Assembly: GCA_950097015.1 (NCBI GenBank) | Contig: CATNEN010000024.1 | Coordinates: 930,001 to 994,000, forward strand | From: Macrostomum hystrix | Taxonomy: Eukaryota > Animalia > Platyhelminthes | DNA length: 64,000 bases | Reading direction: 5' to 3' | Part shown: piece by piece, positions 47,597-58,432 of the stretch | How the letters are laid out: every line of letters starts with the position of its first letter | Position numbering within the stretch: the stretch's first letter is position 1 | Made by a program: the position numbers and the translations under genes | Notes under the pieces: generated by a model | Database searches by the model: none | The model's input: only the letters and a program-made list of their open reading frames with translations | What the model was told of the DNA's origin: nothing

Positions 47597-48763
47597 AGTA
47601 GATTGAGCGAAACTTAGTTTTTTTATTGAAAAATTTGACACAGGCAACCTTATGTAACAAACGTCAATAAATATCCATTGACAGGCGGGACGGACGCGCG
47701 AAATGGCTCCATGAGCAGTAGAAAAATGTAAGATAATATTAGATAGGTTATTCTGAAAAAACGTACTAATTACCAAACGTATGTACACAAAACTATAGTT
47801 CACCGTATCACAGTTTTGCTTCTGGCCACCGGCTGAGCATGCGCGCGCAGATCCTAATATTTATTTTCATAGTTAAATTTTTTGTTCTTTACACAGCAAT
47901 GAGTTGGAATTTGGATAAGCATTTATTCTAGCATCCACGGTGTGTTTTAGGGGCTAATCAAAATAAAAAATGAGACTTTAGCCCATTGTTGAGAGCTTGG
48001 CACTCCTGATAAACAACAGGTCGGGAGTTCGATTCCCACTTATCTTATCATTGCTTCGTTTGAGTGCTAGTTTTTTAAGAAAATACGACTCCAATTAAAA
48101 AATCTGCATAGAGAAAAATAGCTCGCACCTGCAAAGTAAAAGACATATTTTAGCATCTGGACGGATTTTCGTGGCAAAATAACGGAAAAGCAAAAAGGTT
48201 TTTATCTGAAAATCCAAGGCACTCGAAGCAGCAACAGGCAAATCAACTATTGTACATGTTCGTAGTTCTGCGCCAGTAAAAATCTTCATAAAATCAGAAG
48301 AAAATCACTTTAAAAGAAGCGGAAATACATGAATGTGTCTATAATGTGTACACAATTAGCGATGATCGATCTTGATGGCACACCTTGATCGATCGTATAA
48401 AAAACACTCGATTCGGGCACAGGTACAACTGAGGGTTTTGTAATGAAGTAAAAGCAAAATTTTGCCTTGTATGAGAATACTTTGCTATTTTAAAGAGGCG
48501 AAAACCGAATATACGCTCGTAAATCCAAGAACTTTGAATTTAGACGAATGCTATGTTATGTTGCATTTAAATTCTTCAACATCTATCTAAATTAGCAGAA
48601 ACAAACACCCTCTACTCACACGAGGAAAACAACCTGGCAGATTGCACAGTGCGCTGTGCTCCTCTGCTGCGAGCGTCCTGAGTTCGAATCCCTCTTCTCC
48701 CACCCCCCAGTTTTGCAATAGATACCAAACTAAGCGATAATTACGTTTTTAAAATGAAGCAGT

Positions 48764-51700
48764 TCATAGTTGCTTAGCAACTTCAGCCAGCAGGCGAGTG
48801 GGGCTGCTGTCCCTTAGCAACAGCTGCTGCTGCTGCTGCTGCTGCTGTTGCTGATGGTGCGGCTGACAATCGGTCGGGTCCAGTGAAGGCGCCGTGACAG
48901 CCGGGGCGCAGACTACAGTTCGGCCCAGGTAGGGAAATTTGTTGCAATCACTCAGACAGGGGTCATTGTTGGATACGAAGCTGGACTTGCTGGCCATTGG
49001 TGGTCGCTGAGCGATTGGCTGCAGACTGTGAGAGTGGGGAAATACTCGTGTACTTATTTAAAGAAAAATCGAGTGACCGTAGTCCAGTGGTTAGATCTTG
49101 GTAATTGTGGCAGAGAGGTGGGGAGTTCGAGTCTCAGTCTATTGCTTCAGTTCACCCCGCTGTGCAACGGGTACCAGCATTAGCTGGGATGGGAATTCGA
49201 GTAGGTGCCATAGCCCCCAGTCCACGGACTGAACATCTGTACGCAGCCTTTGAATACGCCGCTCAATAGCTGCTGCTGTGCCACTGGCTGTTGACTTGGC
49301 CCAACTGACCGGTTGACGCGCTGTGCCCCCCCGCACCAAGATCCCTGACTTCGAGTCCATGGTGACATTCATCACATTAATTTGGGGCGCAGCGGTAGAT
49401 AGAAGGCTTGGGGGTTTGCTAGGGGGTCAGTGGAAGAGCGGTTAACGCGTTTGCCTCTGTCACCTTGGTCCCTGAGCTCGATTCCGCGGCGAGGCCACAT
49501 TCATTTGGGGCGCAGCCGCGGAGAAAAGGCTTGAGGGCTTGTCGTGCAATTTACGCCCTTAAAAGCCAATCCCCAAGGCTCAGTGAGAGTGTACACTGCC
49601 TGACAATCAAAAGGTCCAGGCAGATGTACACCTCTGTGTGCATTGCCTGTGAACGGTTCATGAGCGCGTGTTCTTAGCAGTCAGCGGATTGGGCAGGAGT
49701 GCCCCAAAATAACTGATAAAAATAATTATTACACCTGCCCCTCTAAGTTTAGATGTGCAGTTTACTGCACAACCGCAGCTATTGTGCGGCGCATCTGAAG
49801 GTTGCGTACGGCTGTTCAGTCCATGGACTGGGGGCGGACACCACAGCCACCCTAAATTACCCCTAATTTAAGTTGGTACCCATGCACTTTACAGCTTGGT
49901 GAACTGAAGCAGAGTTAAGTGTCTTGCGAAACGGCACAGATAGTTTAATTGGAGTCAAGAATCGAACACCCAACCTTCAAGTCGTGAGTTCGAAGCTCTA
50001 ACCACTATAGGCCACAACTCTAGTTGTAGCTAAAGCTTACACCCACAAGGCTACGGGCCTAAAGGCATGTCACTAAGTTATGCGCCAAGGACTACTAAAA
50101 TAATGTATATATTTAATTTAGTAACTACTTTAGTAGTCCTTGTGATGCGCTGGTGTCCACAGTCCTCCTGCCAAAATATGCTCAACGTCTCGAGGCCACA
50201 ATTTAGTCGCTAAATTTACAGAACGGCCGGAGCCGTGAAGGACTTAAGTTTCCATGGTCTACGTGACCTTCTTAGCGGCCTTCTCTAGTATAGCGGCAGC
50301 AGCACAACAGCTCACCGATCTATGGGCCGCAGCAGCTGCTGCTGTTTCTTCTGCTGCTCAGTTGAAGAGGCGCCCAGCTGCTGCGAGACGAGACCGGGCG
50401 GTTTTAGCGCCACTTCAAAGAGCTTCCGCTGCAGGATCTCGCTGGGGTCCAAATTCAACACTGTGCGCGTCGGCGGCTTCAAAGGGCCGCCAGCACAGCG
50501 GCTCTTGAACGGGGAGCTGCCGGACAGGCCTACATCGGTGGATGGGGCGGCGGCCATGATGAAATTCAAATCCCAAGTCCAATGCTCACATCCTAAATCC
50601 AATTGATTCTTTCAACTCACCGGAGGTGCTCAAACCGAGCTCAGACACGTCGTCGACGCTGCGGTGTAGCGCCAGCCGGGGCAACAGCGTGGCGGGACTG
50701 TAGCTGGCTTCGTCCGGCTCCTGCCACATCGACTTCGGCAGGTGGCGGCTGCGCATTGGCACACTGGTGGCCACCGGGGCCACCGACGGTAGCGGCTGGT
50801 GCTGCAGCAGTGCGCGCTTCTCCTTCAGCCGACCGCCTGATTTGGAAAGAATGTTAGACAGTTATTATGATGGCGAAGGAGAGGATAGGTAGCTCAACAA
50901 TGGGAGCTGGCGAAAAGTCCTAGAAGAGAGGATAACGATATGTATAATAGAGAGGAAGAAATAGCAGCATTCCATTTGCCGAGATTGTAACATCATGGGA
51001 GAATTGGAAGGAGCATCATGGGAGGAGGGGTATGAAAATCCTGGGAGATTAGGTACGAATATCCTGGGAGATTAGGTAGGAACATCTTGGGAGATTAGGT
51101 AGGAACATCTTGGGAGATTAGGTAGGAACATCTTGGGAGATTAGGTAGGAACATCTTGGGAGATTAGGTAGGAGCATCATGGGAGGAGGGGTATGAAAAT
51201 CCTGGGAGATTAGGTACGAATATCCTGGGAGATTAGGTAGGAACATCTTGGGAGATTAGGTAGGAACATCTTGGGAGATTAGGTAGGAACATCTTGGGAG
51301 ATTAGGTACGAATATCCTGGGAGATTAGGTAGGAACATCCTGAGAGATTAGGTAGGAACATCTTGGGAGATTAGGTAGGAACATCCTGGGAGATTAGGTA
51401 GGAACATCTTGGGAGATTAGGTAGGAACATCTTGGGAGATTAGGTAGGAACATCTTGGGAGATTAGGTAGGAACATCTTGGGAGATTAGGTAGGAACATC
51501 TTGGGAGATTAGGTAGGAACATCCTGGGAGATTAGGTAGGAACATCCTGGGAGATTAGGTAGGAACATCCTGGGAGATTAGGTAGGAACATCTTGGGAGA
51601 TTAGGTAGGAACATCTTGGGAGATTAGGTAGGAACATCTTGGGAGATTAGGTAGGAACATCCTGAGAGATTAGGTAGGAACATCTTGGGAGATTAGGTAG

Positions 51701-52422
51701 GAACATCTTGGGAGATTAGGTAGGAACATCCTGAGAGATTAGGTAGGAACATCTTGGGAGATTAGGTAGGAACATCTTGGGAGATTAGGTAGGAACATCC
51801 TGAGAGATTAGGTAGGAACATCTTGGGAGATTAGGTAGGAACATCTTGGGAGATTAGGTAGGAACATCCTGGGAGATTAGGTAGGAACATCCTGGGAGAT
51901 TAGGTAGGAACATCCTGGGAGATTAGGTAGGAACATCTTGGGAGATTAGGTAGGAACATCTTGGGAGATTAGGTAGGAACATCCTGAGAGATTAGGTAGG
52001 AACATCTTGGGAGATTAGGTAGGAACATCCTGGGAGATTAGGTAGGATCATCCTGGGAGGAGGATGACCTTACCTGGCCGCTGTTGCTGGCCTCCAGCAT
52101 TTGAGATGGGGTGCGCATGCGCATGGTCCAAAAAGCCCGGCGCCCGCCGGTACACCTGGCAGGTGGAGGAGGCGCAGCTGCTGGTATCCTCGGTGCTGTC
52201 GTCATCGGAGGAGCTGGTCCGAAGCGGTTGATTTGCCCGGCGTCGACGGCCGGAGGAGCCGCCAGACGACGAGTCTGTGGAAGCCGACGAAATGCATGGC
52301 GTGCCCAGACCGGAGTCTGGCTCTAGCTGCTGCTGCTGTTGCTGCTCTGGCAGTGGGGCGACCCTCGTACCAATCGGCACCAGAGTGCTCTTTCGACCGC
52401 CACCGAATGGCCTGCTAGCCAT
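48764..52422 (-). CDS. Disordered 346-aa protein with FAM181/YAP-like TEAD-binding omega-loop motif, 4 coding exons
   Basis: join(complement 52422-52074, 50836-50621, 50529-50316, 49025-48764) = 1041 nt; donors GTAAGG, GTGAGT, GTGAGC; phases 1,1,2 are consistent. Contains VPMRSRHLPKSMWQEP and poly-Q tracts. Confidence 0.78.
49078..49330 (+). mobile_element. Diverged SINE (family A-related)
   Basis: GTAGTCCAGTGGTTAG A-box, GAGTTCGAGTCTC, ATTGCTTCAGTTCACCCCGCTGTGCAACGGGTACC, CAGTCCACGGACTGAAC. Confidence 0.65.
49422..49705 (+). mobile_element. SINE family B
   Basis: GGGGGTCAGTGGAAGAGCGGTTAACGCG...GAGCTCGATTCCGCGGCGAGGCCACATTCATTTGGGGCGCAGCCGCGG. Confidence 0.8.
49725..50020 (-). mobile_element. 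SINE family A
   Basis: ACACCTGCCCC...GGCGCATCTGAAGG...CAGTCCATGGACTGGGGG...GTGTCTTGC...GAATCGAAC...AACCACTATAGGCCACAAC. Confidence 0.8.
50995..52055. repeat. Intronic minisatellite, 23-bp unit (GGGAGATTAGGTAGGAACATCTT), ~45 copies
   Basis: Period 23; abuts the donor at 52073. Confidence 0.93.
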
Positions 52423-54387
52423 TTCTGACACTCAGTGCTGAGCCGCTGATGCCTATGGACTCCGGGCGCTGGCTGAGCTGCTCTGCGCTGAAACAGATTC
52501 GGAGAAATATGGAAGTGCTTTCGACAATTCAATTTCAATTCAATTTCGACAATATATTTTAGAATGAGCTGAAATATCAATCAGCGAATATTTGGAGATA
52601 GATATGACAGAACCAGTCACTGATCTAAGCATTTTTTATCGTGAAAATAAAAAAGTCAATAAAATCGCATTCCATTATTAAAATAATAGCTAAGGTATAA
52701 ATAAGATATGATAGAAACTGAAATTATGATTTTCTGTGATTATTATAGTATTTATAACATATTTAAGCTATGTCATAAAAATAGCTGCCATATATTGTAT
52801 ATAAATATAATTTTTAGATAGATAAGTAGTTATAAGACCATTCTATACTATGCCTGAACTATTATAGCTGCCATAAATATTGTTGCTGTGTATATTCCTT
52901 ATTGACAAATTTATAGCGACTGTATGATTGCAATGATACATATCCTTTTATCCTTAATATGTGGTCAAATGTTTATAACCCCAGCAGCAAAAATTAGACA
53001 CTTAATTTCCTCAGACTTTTCTGAAGTTGCCAAAACATGTGTGTGTTTTCGAGAACTTTGTATAATTTTATTTTAACAGTATAAGTATGTACAGAATTTA
53101 TCACATTTTCGATATGAGAATTATATTTCTTCATTTTTTATACGGTGCAGATGTGAATTTTTCACAAAGATCTAAATGTCAATCCTTATCGATTCATACT
53201 TGGATTGAATATATCAAAATTAAGTTATATCTTAAAAGAATGTGGTATCTGGATAACACTGTCGTAAATATGCTTTTTTTTAATACCCTTCAATTTATAG
53301 CGATCGACTGTATTTTTTAAGATATTTATTTAACCTCCATAGATCCAAATTGTTTTTCTTTAGAACTTTGTAATCAAATTTGTTATAACATTTTGTTTGA
53401 AAATTTACCGGAGTTGGTATACCAAGTGCTTAAATCGAAGTTACTTCTAAAAACCTTCGCTGGTAAGAACGAAATGTCACTTGAGTTATCGGTGTCCTTA
53501 CTCATAAACAATTAAAAAGTCCAATTCATAACAATTACAGGCTTCCTTAATTATTTTTCCCGAATAAGGCGCAAGAAACTTTTATAATCTCAATAATTAC
53601 TTAATCATAATAACCACAGTTGTCACGAAAAGCGTAGATTTCACGACACTTTTTAATTTAACTTCATTATTATCAATGAAATTTTATTGAAAATACTGTG
53701 CAATGTACTTTGTAAATATTGTGATGCATTTTTATTCTGATCCCAATATACATAAAATCGCGATTTGTGTAAAATCTTTCTGAATTCTAAAATTCTAAGA
53801 AGTATATTTATGCAGATTTTTTTCCAAAAATTAATCAGGTAGAATTATCGTTGTCACATTTTCCTACAAATGGACGAATGGAATAAGGTGTGTTTGAGAT
53901 AAAGTAGATTCATGCGTTCATAAAAAGAAATAAATGTATTTATAGTATTCCTTCAGATTCAGCCCTTCAAAGGCTTTTAATTACTTTTACCTTTTTCAGA
54001 CTATCACTTACTTTCGGGATGTAAAATTCTTGCTTTTTACTGTAGCTACGATATAAACCTTTTAATTATCCCTTTTTAATCCCTCGAGGTCGCAGAAACA
54101 ATAGCCCGTCAGTTAAGTAAAAATGTTTCACACGCGCATTCAGCCATAATTAATTTACAACTAATAATTTGATAGTTACTAACTCCAACAGACAAACTTA
54201 AAGAGCATCTGACCGCTTCATCATATTCTTCTTTCCTGAAATGCATTCTAGCCTGTAAGTACATGAAGCCGCTTAGACTATACGCTATTTAGCAGTCTCT
54301 CGATCATTACCGACGTTTTTATCATATCAGCTCTAGGACTACTCTCAAGATCACTAATTTATAGATTCTAATGTACATTCCTGATTT

Positions 54388-54985
54388 GAGAAAGCTGTTG
54401 CATGTCTGCTTTGAGAAACCTGTTGCATGTCTGCTTTGAGAAACCTGTTGCATTCCTGCTTTGAGAAACCTGTTGCATTCCTGCTTTGAGAAACCTGTTG
54501 CATTCCTGCTTTGAGAAACCTGTTGCATGCCTGCTTTGAGAAACCTGTTGCATTCCTGCTTTGAGAAACCTGTTGCATTCCTGCTTTGAGAAACCTGTTG
54601 CATTCCTGCTTTGAGAAACCTGTTGCATTCCTGCTTTGAGAAACCTGTCGCATTCCTGCTTTGAGAAACCTGTTGCATTCCTGCTTTGAGAAACCTGCTG
54701 CATTCCTGCTTTGAGAAACCTGTTGCATTCCTGCTTTGAGAAACCTGTTGCATTCCTGCTTTGAGAAACCTGTTGCATTCCTGCTTTGAGAAACCTGTTG
54801 CAAGCCTGCTTTGGGAAACCTGTTGCATTCCTGCTTTGAGAAACCTGTTGCATTCCTGCTTTGAGAAACCTGTTGCATTCCTGCTTTGAGAAACCTGTTG
54901 CATTCCTGCTTTGAGAAACCTGTTGCATTCCTGCTTTGAGAAACCTGTTTGCATTCCTGCTTTGAGAAACCTGTTTGCATGCCGT
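54388..54985. repeat. Minisatellite, 25-bp unit (CTGCTTTGAGAAACCTGTTGCATTC), ~24 copies
   Basis: Period 25; source of three spurious minus-strand ORFs. Confidence 0.93.
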
Positions 54986-55915
54986 TTTGAGGATCCTGTT
55001 GCATTCCAAATATGGCGACCTGATGAATTTTAACTGCTTGCAGCCTGCTCATGTATCATGTGAAATATTCTGATCATGTTTGCATTTCTTTACCTTTAAA
55101 ACTAATTTTAGATTGTAACTGAAAGTGTTACAAATTTCCAATTGGTTTTTCGACGTTTTCTTGTCCAATAACGAGGCTGATATTTTGGCCGTATTTCAGC
55201 CGTTGTTGAAGCAGAATTCATGATGCAATTACTGCTGCGACCCCCAATAACTGGATAGTGGCGCATGTTAAAAATGGCTTCAAGGGGTGCTCAATGATGT
55301 TTCCAAGGAGAGCAGTAAGCGCATTGGGGATACCAGTGATGCTCTAAATTACAAGCTGAAGCCTTCTGGTCTTAATTCAATAGGCCCGGCTAGCGGGACA
55401 ATTTCCACAGATCGGATTATCAGAGAGGATATCCGAGAGGATATAAATGCATGCTTAGTCCCTTAGTACCGTCACAGTGGCCAGATTGGAAACGATCCGG
55501 GAGCTCGCCGAAGGCTAGATTCGTGAAAGAAACCCGGCGGTAAGTGAAAAATCCGTTTTGAGAGAATTTGAGAGTCATTGGGACAGGTGGCAAGCCAATA
55601 GGAGCAGTAGTGCTAAGCCCATGTAAACTCGCATAAATTGTCTCCACTAAAATTTAAGTCACACCTTCCTCTACTCCTGATAAAATAGATATAGATAACT
55701 GACCGACGTCGTCAATACGGCTATTCATTCACACTTATTCGCAGATTCCAAGCTTGAGACTGTGACGGTTCGCCTGAGAGGATTCACTGAGAACGTGAGA
55801 GCAAAAGGAATTTTTTGCATGACAATCTCCGTCTCAGGCATTGTAATTAAATACTTTTATTTTCCTCTTCTCAGGTCGCTCCAAGCCTTCCGCAAAGCAA
55901 TTGTCAAGTGAAGCA

Positions 55916-56656
55916 ATGCAGGGCTCAACTCTGTTGCGGGCCGGCCTTTGCCTGCTCTTAGGGGCAGCACTCATCTCGGCCTCGGCGCAGGCAGCAACTT
56001 CCAGCGGCAGGGCCAGCGGAAATAGCCAGACCGCTGTGCAGGCTGGCGGACGGCAGCGACACGAGGCAGAGGTGACCGAGACGACTGCATCGAAGACAAT
56101 TGCGGGTTCAGCAGAGAGTGATCTAGTACAGCACGAGGATCTGTTTGATGATGAAGTGGAACAGCTGGATGACACCATGCAAGAAAATGACAAGCGATCT
56201 CCGTTCTGGAAGCGAGCTCCGTTCTGGAAGCGAGCTCCGTTCTGGAAGCGAGCTCCGTTCTGGAAGCGAGCTCCGTTCTGGAAGCGAGCTCCGTTCTGGA
56301 AGCGAGCTCCGTTCTGGAAGCGAGCTCCGTTCTGGAAGCGAGCTCCGTTCTGGAAGCGAGCCCCGTTCTGGAAGCGAGCTCCGTTCTGGAAGCGAGCCCC
56401 GTTCTGGAAGAGGTCTCCGTTCTGGAAGCGTGCTCCGTTCTGGAAGCGTGCTCCGTTCTGGAAGCGAGCCCCGTTCTGGAAGCGAGCTCCGTTCTGGAAG
56501 CGAGCCCCGTTCTGGAAGCGAGCTCCGTTCTGGAAGCGAGCTCCGTTCTGGAAGCGAGCTCCGTTCTGGAAGCGTGCTCCGTTCTGGAAGCGTGCTCCGT
56601 TCTGGAAGCGAGCCCCGTTCTGGAAGCGTGAACTCATCGAATCCGATATGTATTGA
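55916..56656 (+). CDS. Neuropeptide precursor (246 aa): signal peptide, acidic spacer, 22x APFW + 2x SPFW, each flanked by KR
   Basis: Acceptor TTTCCTCTTCTCAG ending 55874; ATG 55916; signal MQGSTLLRAGLCLLLGAALISASAQA; 24 x 18-nt units 56198-56629 with synonymous third-position variation (CGA/CGT/AGG, GCT/GCC); AATAAA at 56678. Candidate upstream donor CG|GTAAGT at 55540. Confidence 0.9.
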   Translation: MQGSTLLRAGLCLLLGAALISASAQAATSSGRASGNSQTAVQAGGRQRHEAEVTETTASKTIAGSAESDLVQHEDLFDDEVEQLDDTMQENDKRSPFWKRAPFWKRAPFWKRAPFWKRAPFWKRAPFWKRAPFWKRAPFWKRAPFWKRAPFWKRAPFWKRAPFWKRSPFWKRAPFWKRAPFWKRAPFWKRAPFWKRAPFWKRAPFWKRAPFWKRAPFWKRAPFWKRAPFWKRAPFWKRELIESDMY

Positions 56657-57161
56657 AGACAGACTGAAGTGAAAAGCAATAAACAATTTGCTGCGTGAGA
56701 AATCTACGAAGTATAACTGTTGGCGAACTCATAATAAAAGACAGGAAATTTTGGCTTTCCTAAATAAATAAACCAGCTCTAAGAAACGCGGTTTTTTTCT
56801 CCAGAAAGTCGACAGATTAGAATACTCATAAATACTTATTTGTTCAAACATTTTTAATTCAAACACAGTGCTTGATATGTCTACCTAAATTTGACAGAAG
56901 CAATTCACTGCAAATCATTGCACTGGACGCGTAAGGTTTAATGTGTTTTATGCAAGGTTTTAGAAAAACACTCAAAGAGCTTTTCAACTGCGATAGTCTC
57001 TTACTTCAGTCATAAAAGTGTGCTAAAAGACGATTAAATAATATAACTGTTTCCTGTATGTCACATGAAACTGCGCTTCGGTATAAAAACTCGGATGCTC
57101 AGTTTCACGCCAATGTCAACTAAAATTCCACAACTTCAGCAAAGTCGGCAGTACGCGATAT

Positions 57162-57403
57162 TGATGTGTTGGAAGGCAGGGAGAAAGACGAGCAGTTGTA
57201 TTCGTATGAATAATTCGTAGGCAGGTGTGACCTTGTCGTCAACCTTGCTCGTGCTTCTCATTCGTTTGCTTCGTTATATTTTTCCATAGGCCGCTGGCTT
57301 GCGGGCTCTCTTTACTACAGTAATGTGTTAGGAGGTTTTACCCCTAGACACTTCGCACGAGCACAACAAAAAGTAATCGCAGTTAGTATGTAAGTCCACA
57401 TCA
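57162..57403 (-). mobile_element. 3' LTR (242 bp) of a Ty3/Gypsy element
   Basis: Inverted termini TGATGT (57162) and ACATCA (57398-57403); polypurine tract GAGGAGGGGGGAAG on the minus strand at 57418-57405, immediately upstream. Confidence 0.82.
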
Positions 57404-58432
57404 ACTTCCCCCCTCCTCAAAAATGGATGCTCTCTACTCGTTAGTTCGTTGTTTACATTTCCTCGATAAGTCTCTTGGGTGGCACTCCTTTGTTTCCCCT
57501 GCCGGACCGACGGAACTTCTGATGTTGCTGATGCGCTCTTTTGGACTGGAGCTCAGCTGTTACCATCTCTGGTTTTCTGAACGGTAATAGGTTGCGTGAC
57601 GTCCAAATTTTACCATTGTCCAGCCGGTATGTGAAGTTGCCAACGATTTTGGTAACTCTGAATAGCGAGGTGAAAGGCGATTTGCCCTTGGGCACATGGG
57701 GAAGACGGACACGTATACCAGGTTGCCGTCTCTAAAATGCCGCTTGAAAACCCGGTGTTGTTCTTGTCTTGATGTGGAGCAGTTAATCTTGTCTTTTTCC
57801 GACTCGTCCGCCTGTGTTGTGGCTTTTCGGGGCTGAAAGTTTGCTCTGATATTCCGGCCAAAGATTAGTTTGGCGGGTGAGTCCCCATTTTCATTTGGTG
57901 TTGTTCGGAAGCTGCAGATTGTCTGTTGCATGCCGTCTTCAAAACTTTTCCGGTCAGTTTCGAATGTTTGGGCTGCATGTTTCAACGTACGATTGAACAC
58001 TTCCACTTTCCCATTTTGTCTGGGTTCGTAAAGTGGTACTCTTTCGTGCCGTAAATCGCGGGAATAGAGAAATTCCTCCATCTCTTTAGATACGAAGCTG
58101 CTCCCGTTGTCAGATACTAAGGTGCCTGGGTTGCCGAATCTGTTGAAAACTTCAGTCAGCCATTTAATTAGTCTTGGTGACCTCGTATCTCCCGTAAGGA
58201 GTATCTCTGGGTATGACGAATAGTAATCAATCAGTGCTATAACGAATCGTTGGTTTTGGGGAGCAGTCGCGAATGGGCCAGTGATGTCGATGGCGAGCTT
58301 CGACCAAGGTCTGTCAGGCTTCCTGATCGGTCCTCCATCAGGCACAATAATCTTGTGTGATTTTGCGCTGTCCTGACATGGTAGACAGAATTTGACATAG
58401 TTCGTTATGGCGGTCAAAGAACAGGCCTTTCT
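57162..58432 (-). mobile_element. 5'-truncated Ty3/Gypsy LTR retrotransposon (integrase + PPT + 3' LTR)
   Basis: YVKFCLPCQ, PDRPWSKLAIDITGPF, LIDYYSSYPE, LVSDNGSSF, NGKVEVFNRTLK (D,D35E), FRTTP...SPAKLIFGR. The C-terminal tail is frameshifted into ORF 57695-57453. gag, protease, RT and 5' LTR are absent. Confidence 0.9.

Noticed and set aside
52580-54320. AT-rich region with a 77-aa ORF (53087-53320)
   Set aside because: Low-complexity intronic or intergenic composition with no motifs or splice support.
54322-55052. Three ORFs of 210-232 aa (FSKQECNRFLKAGMQQ)
   Set aside because: A 25-bp unit cycles through all frames; minisatellite artefact.
55420-55647. 75-aa minus ORF upstream of the neuropeptide gene
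   Set aside because: No recognisable motif; it overlaps a strong plus-strand donor (GTAAGT at 55540) better explained as a 5'UTR exon of the precursor.
55834-56686. Antisense (QNGARF)n ORF resembling an RFamide precursor, and (PERSSL)n / (LRSGSE)n frames
   Set aside because: No Gly-Lys/Arg after RF, no signal peptide, and variation is synonymous only in the APFWKR frame.
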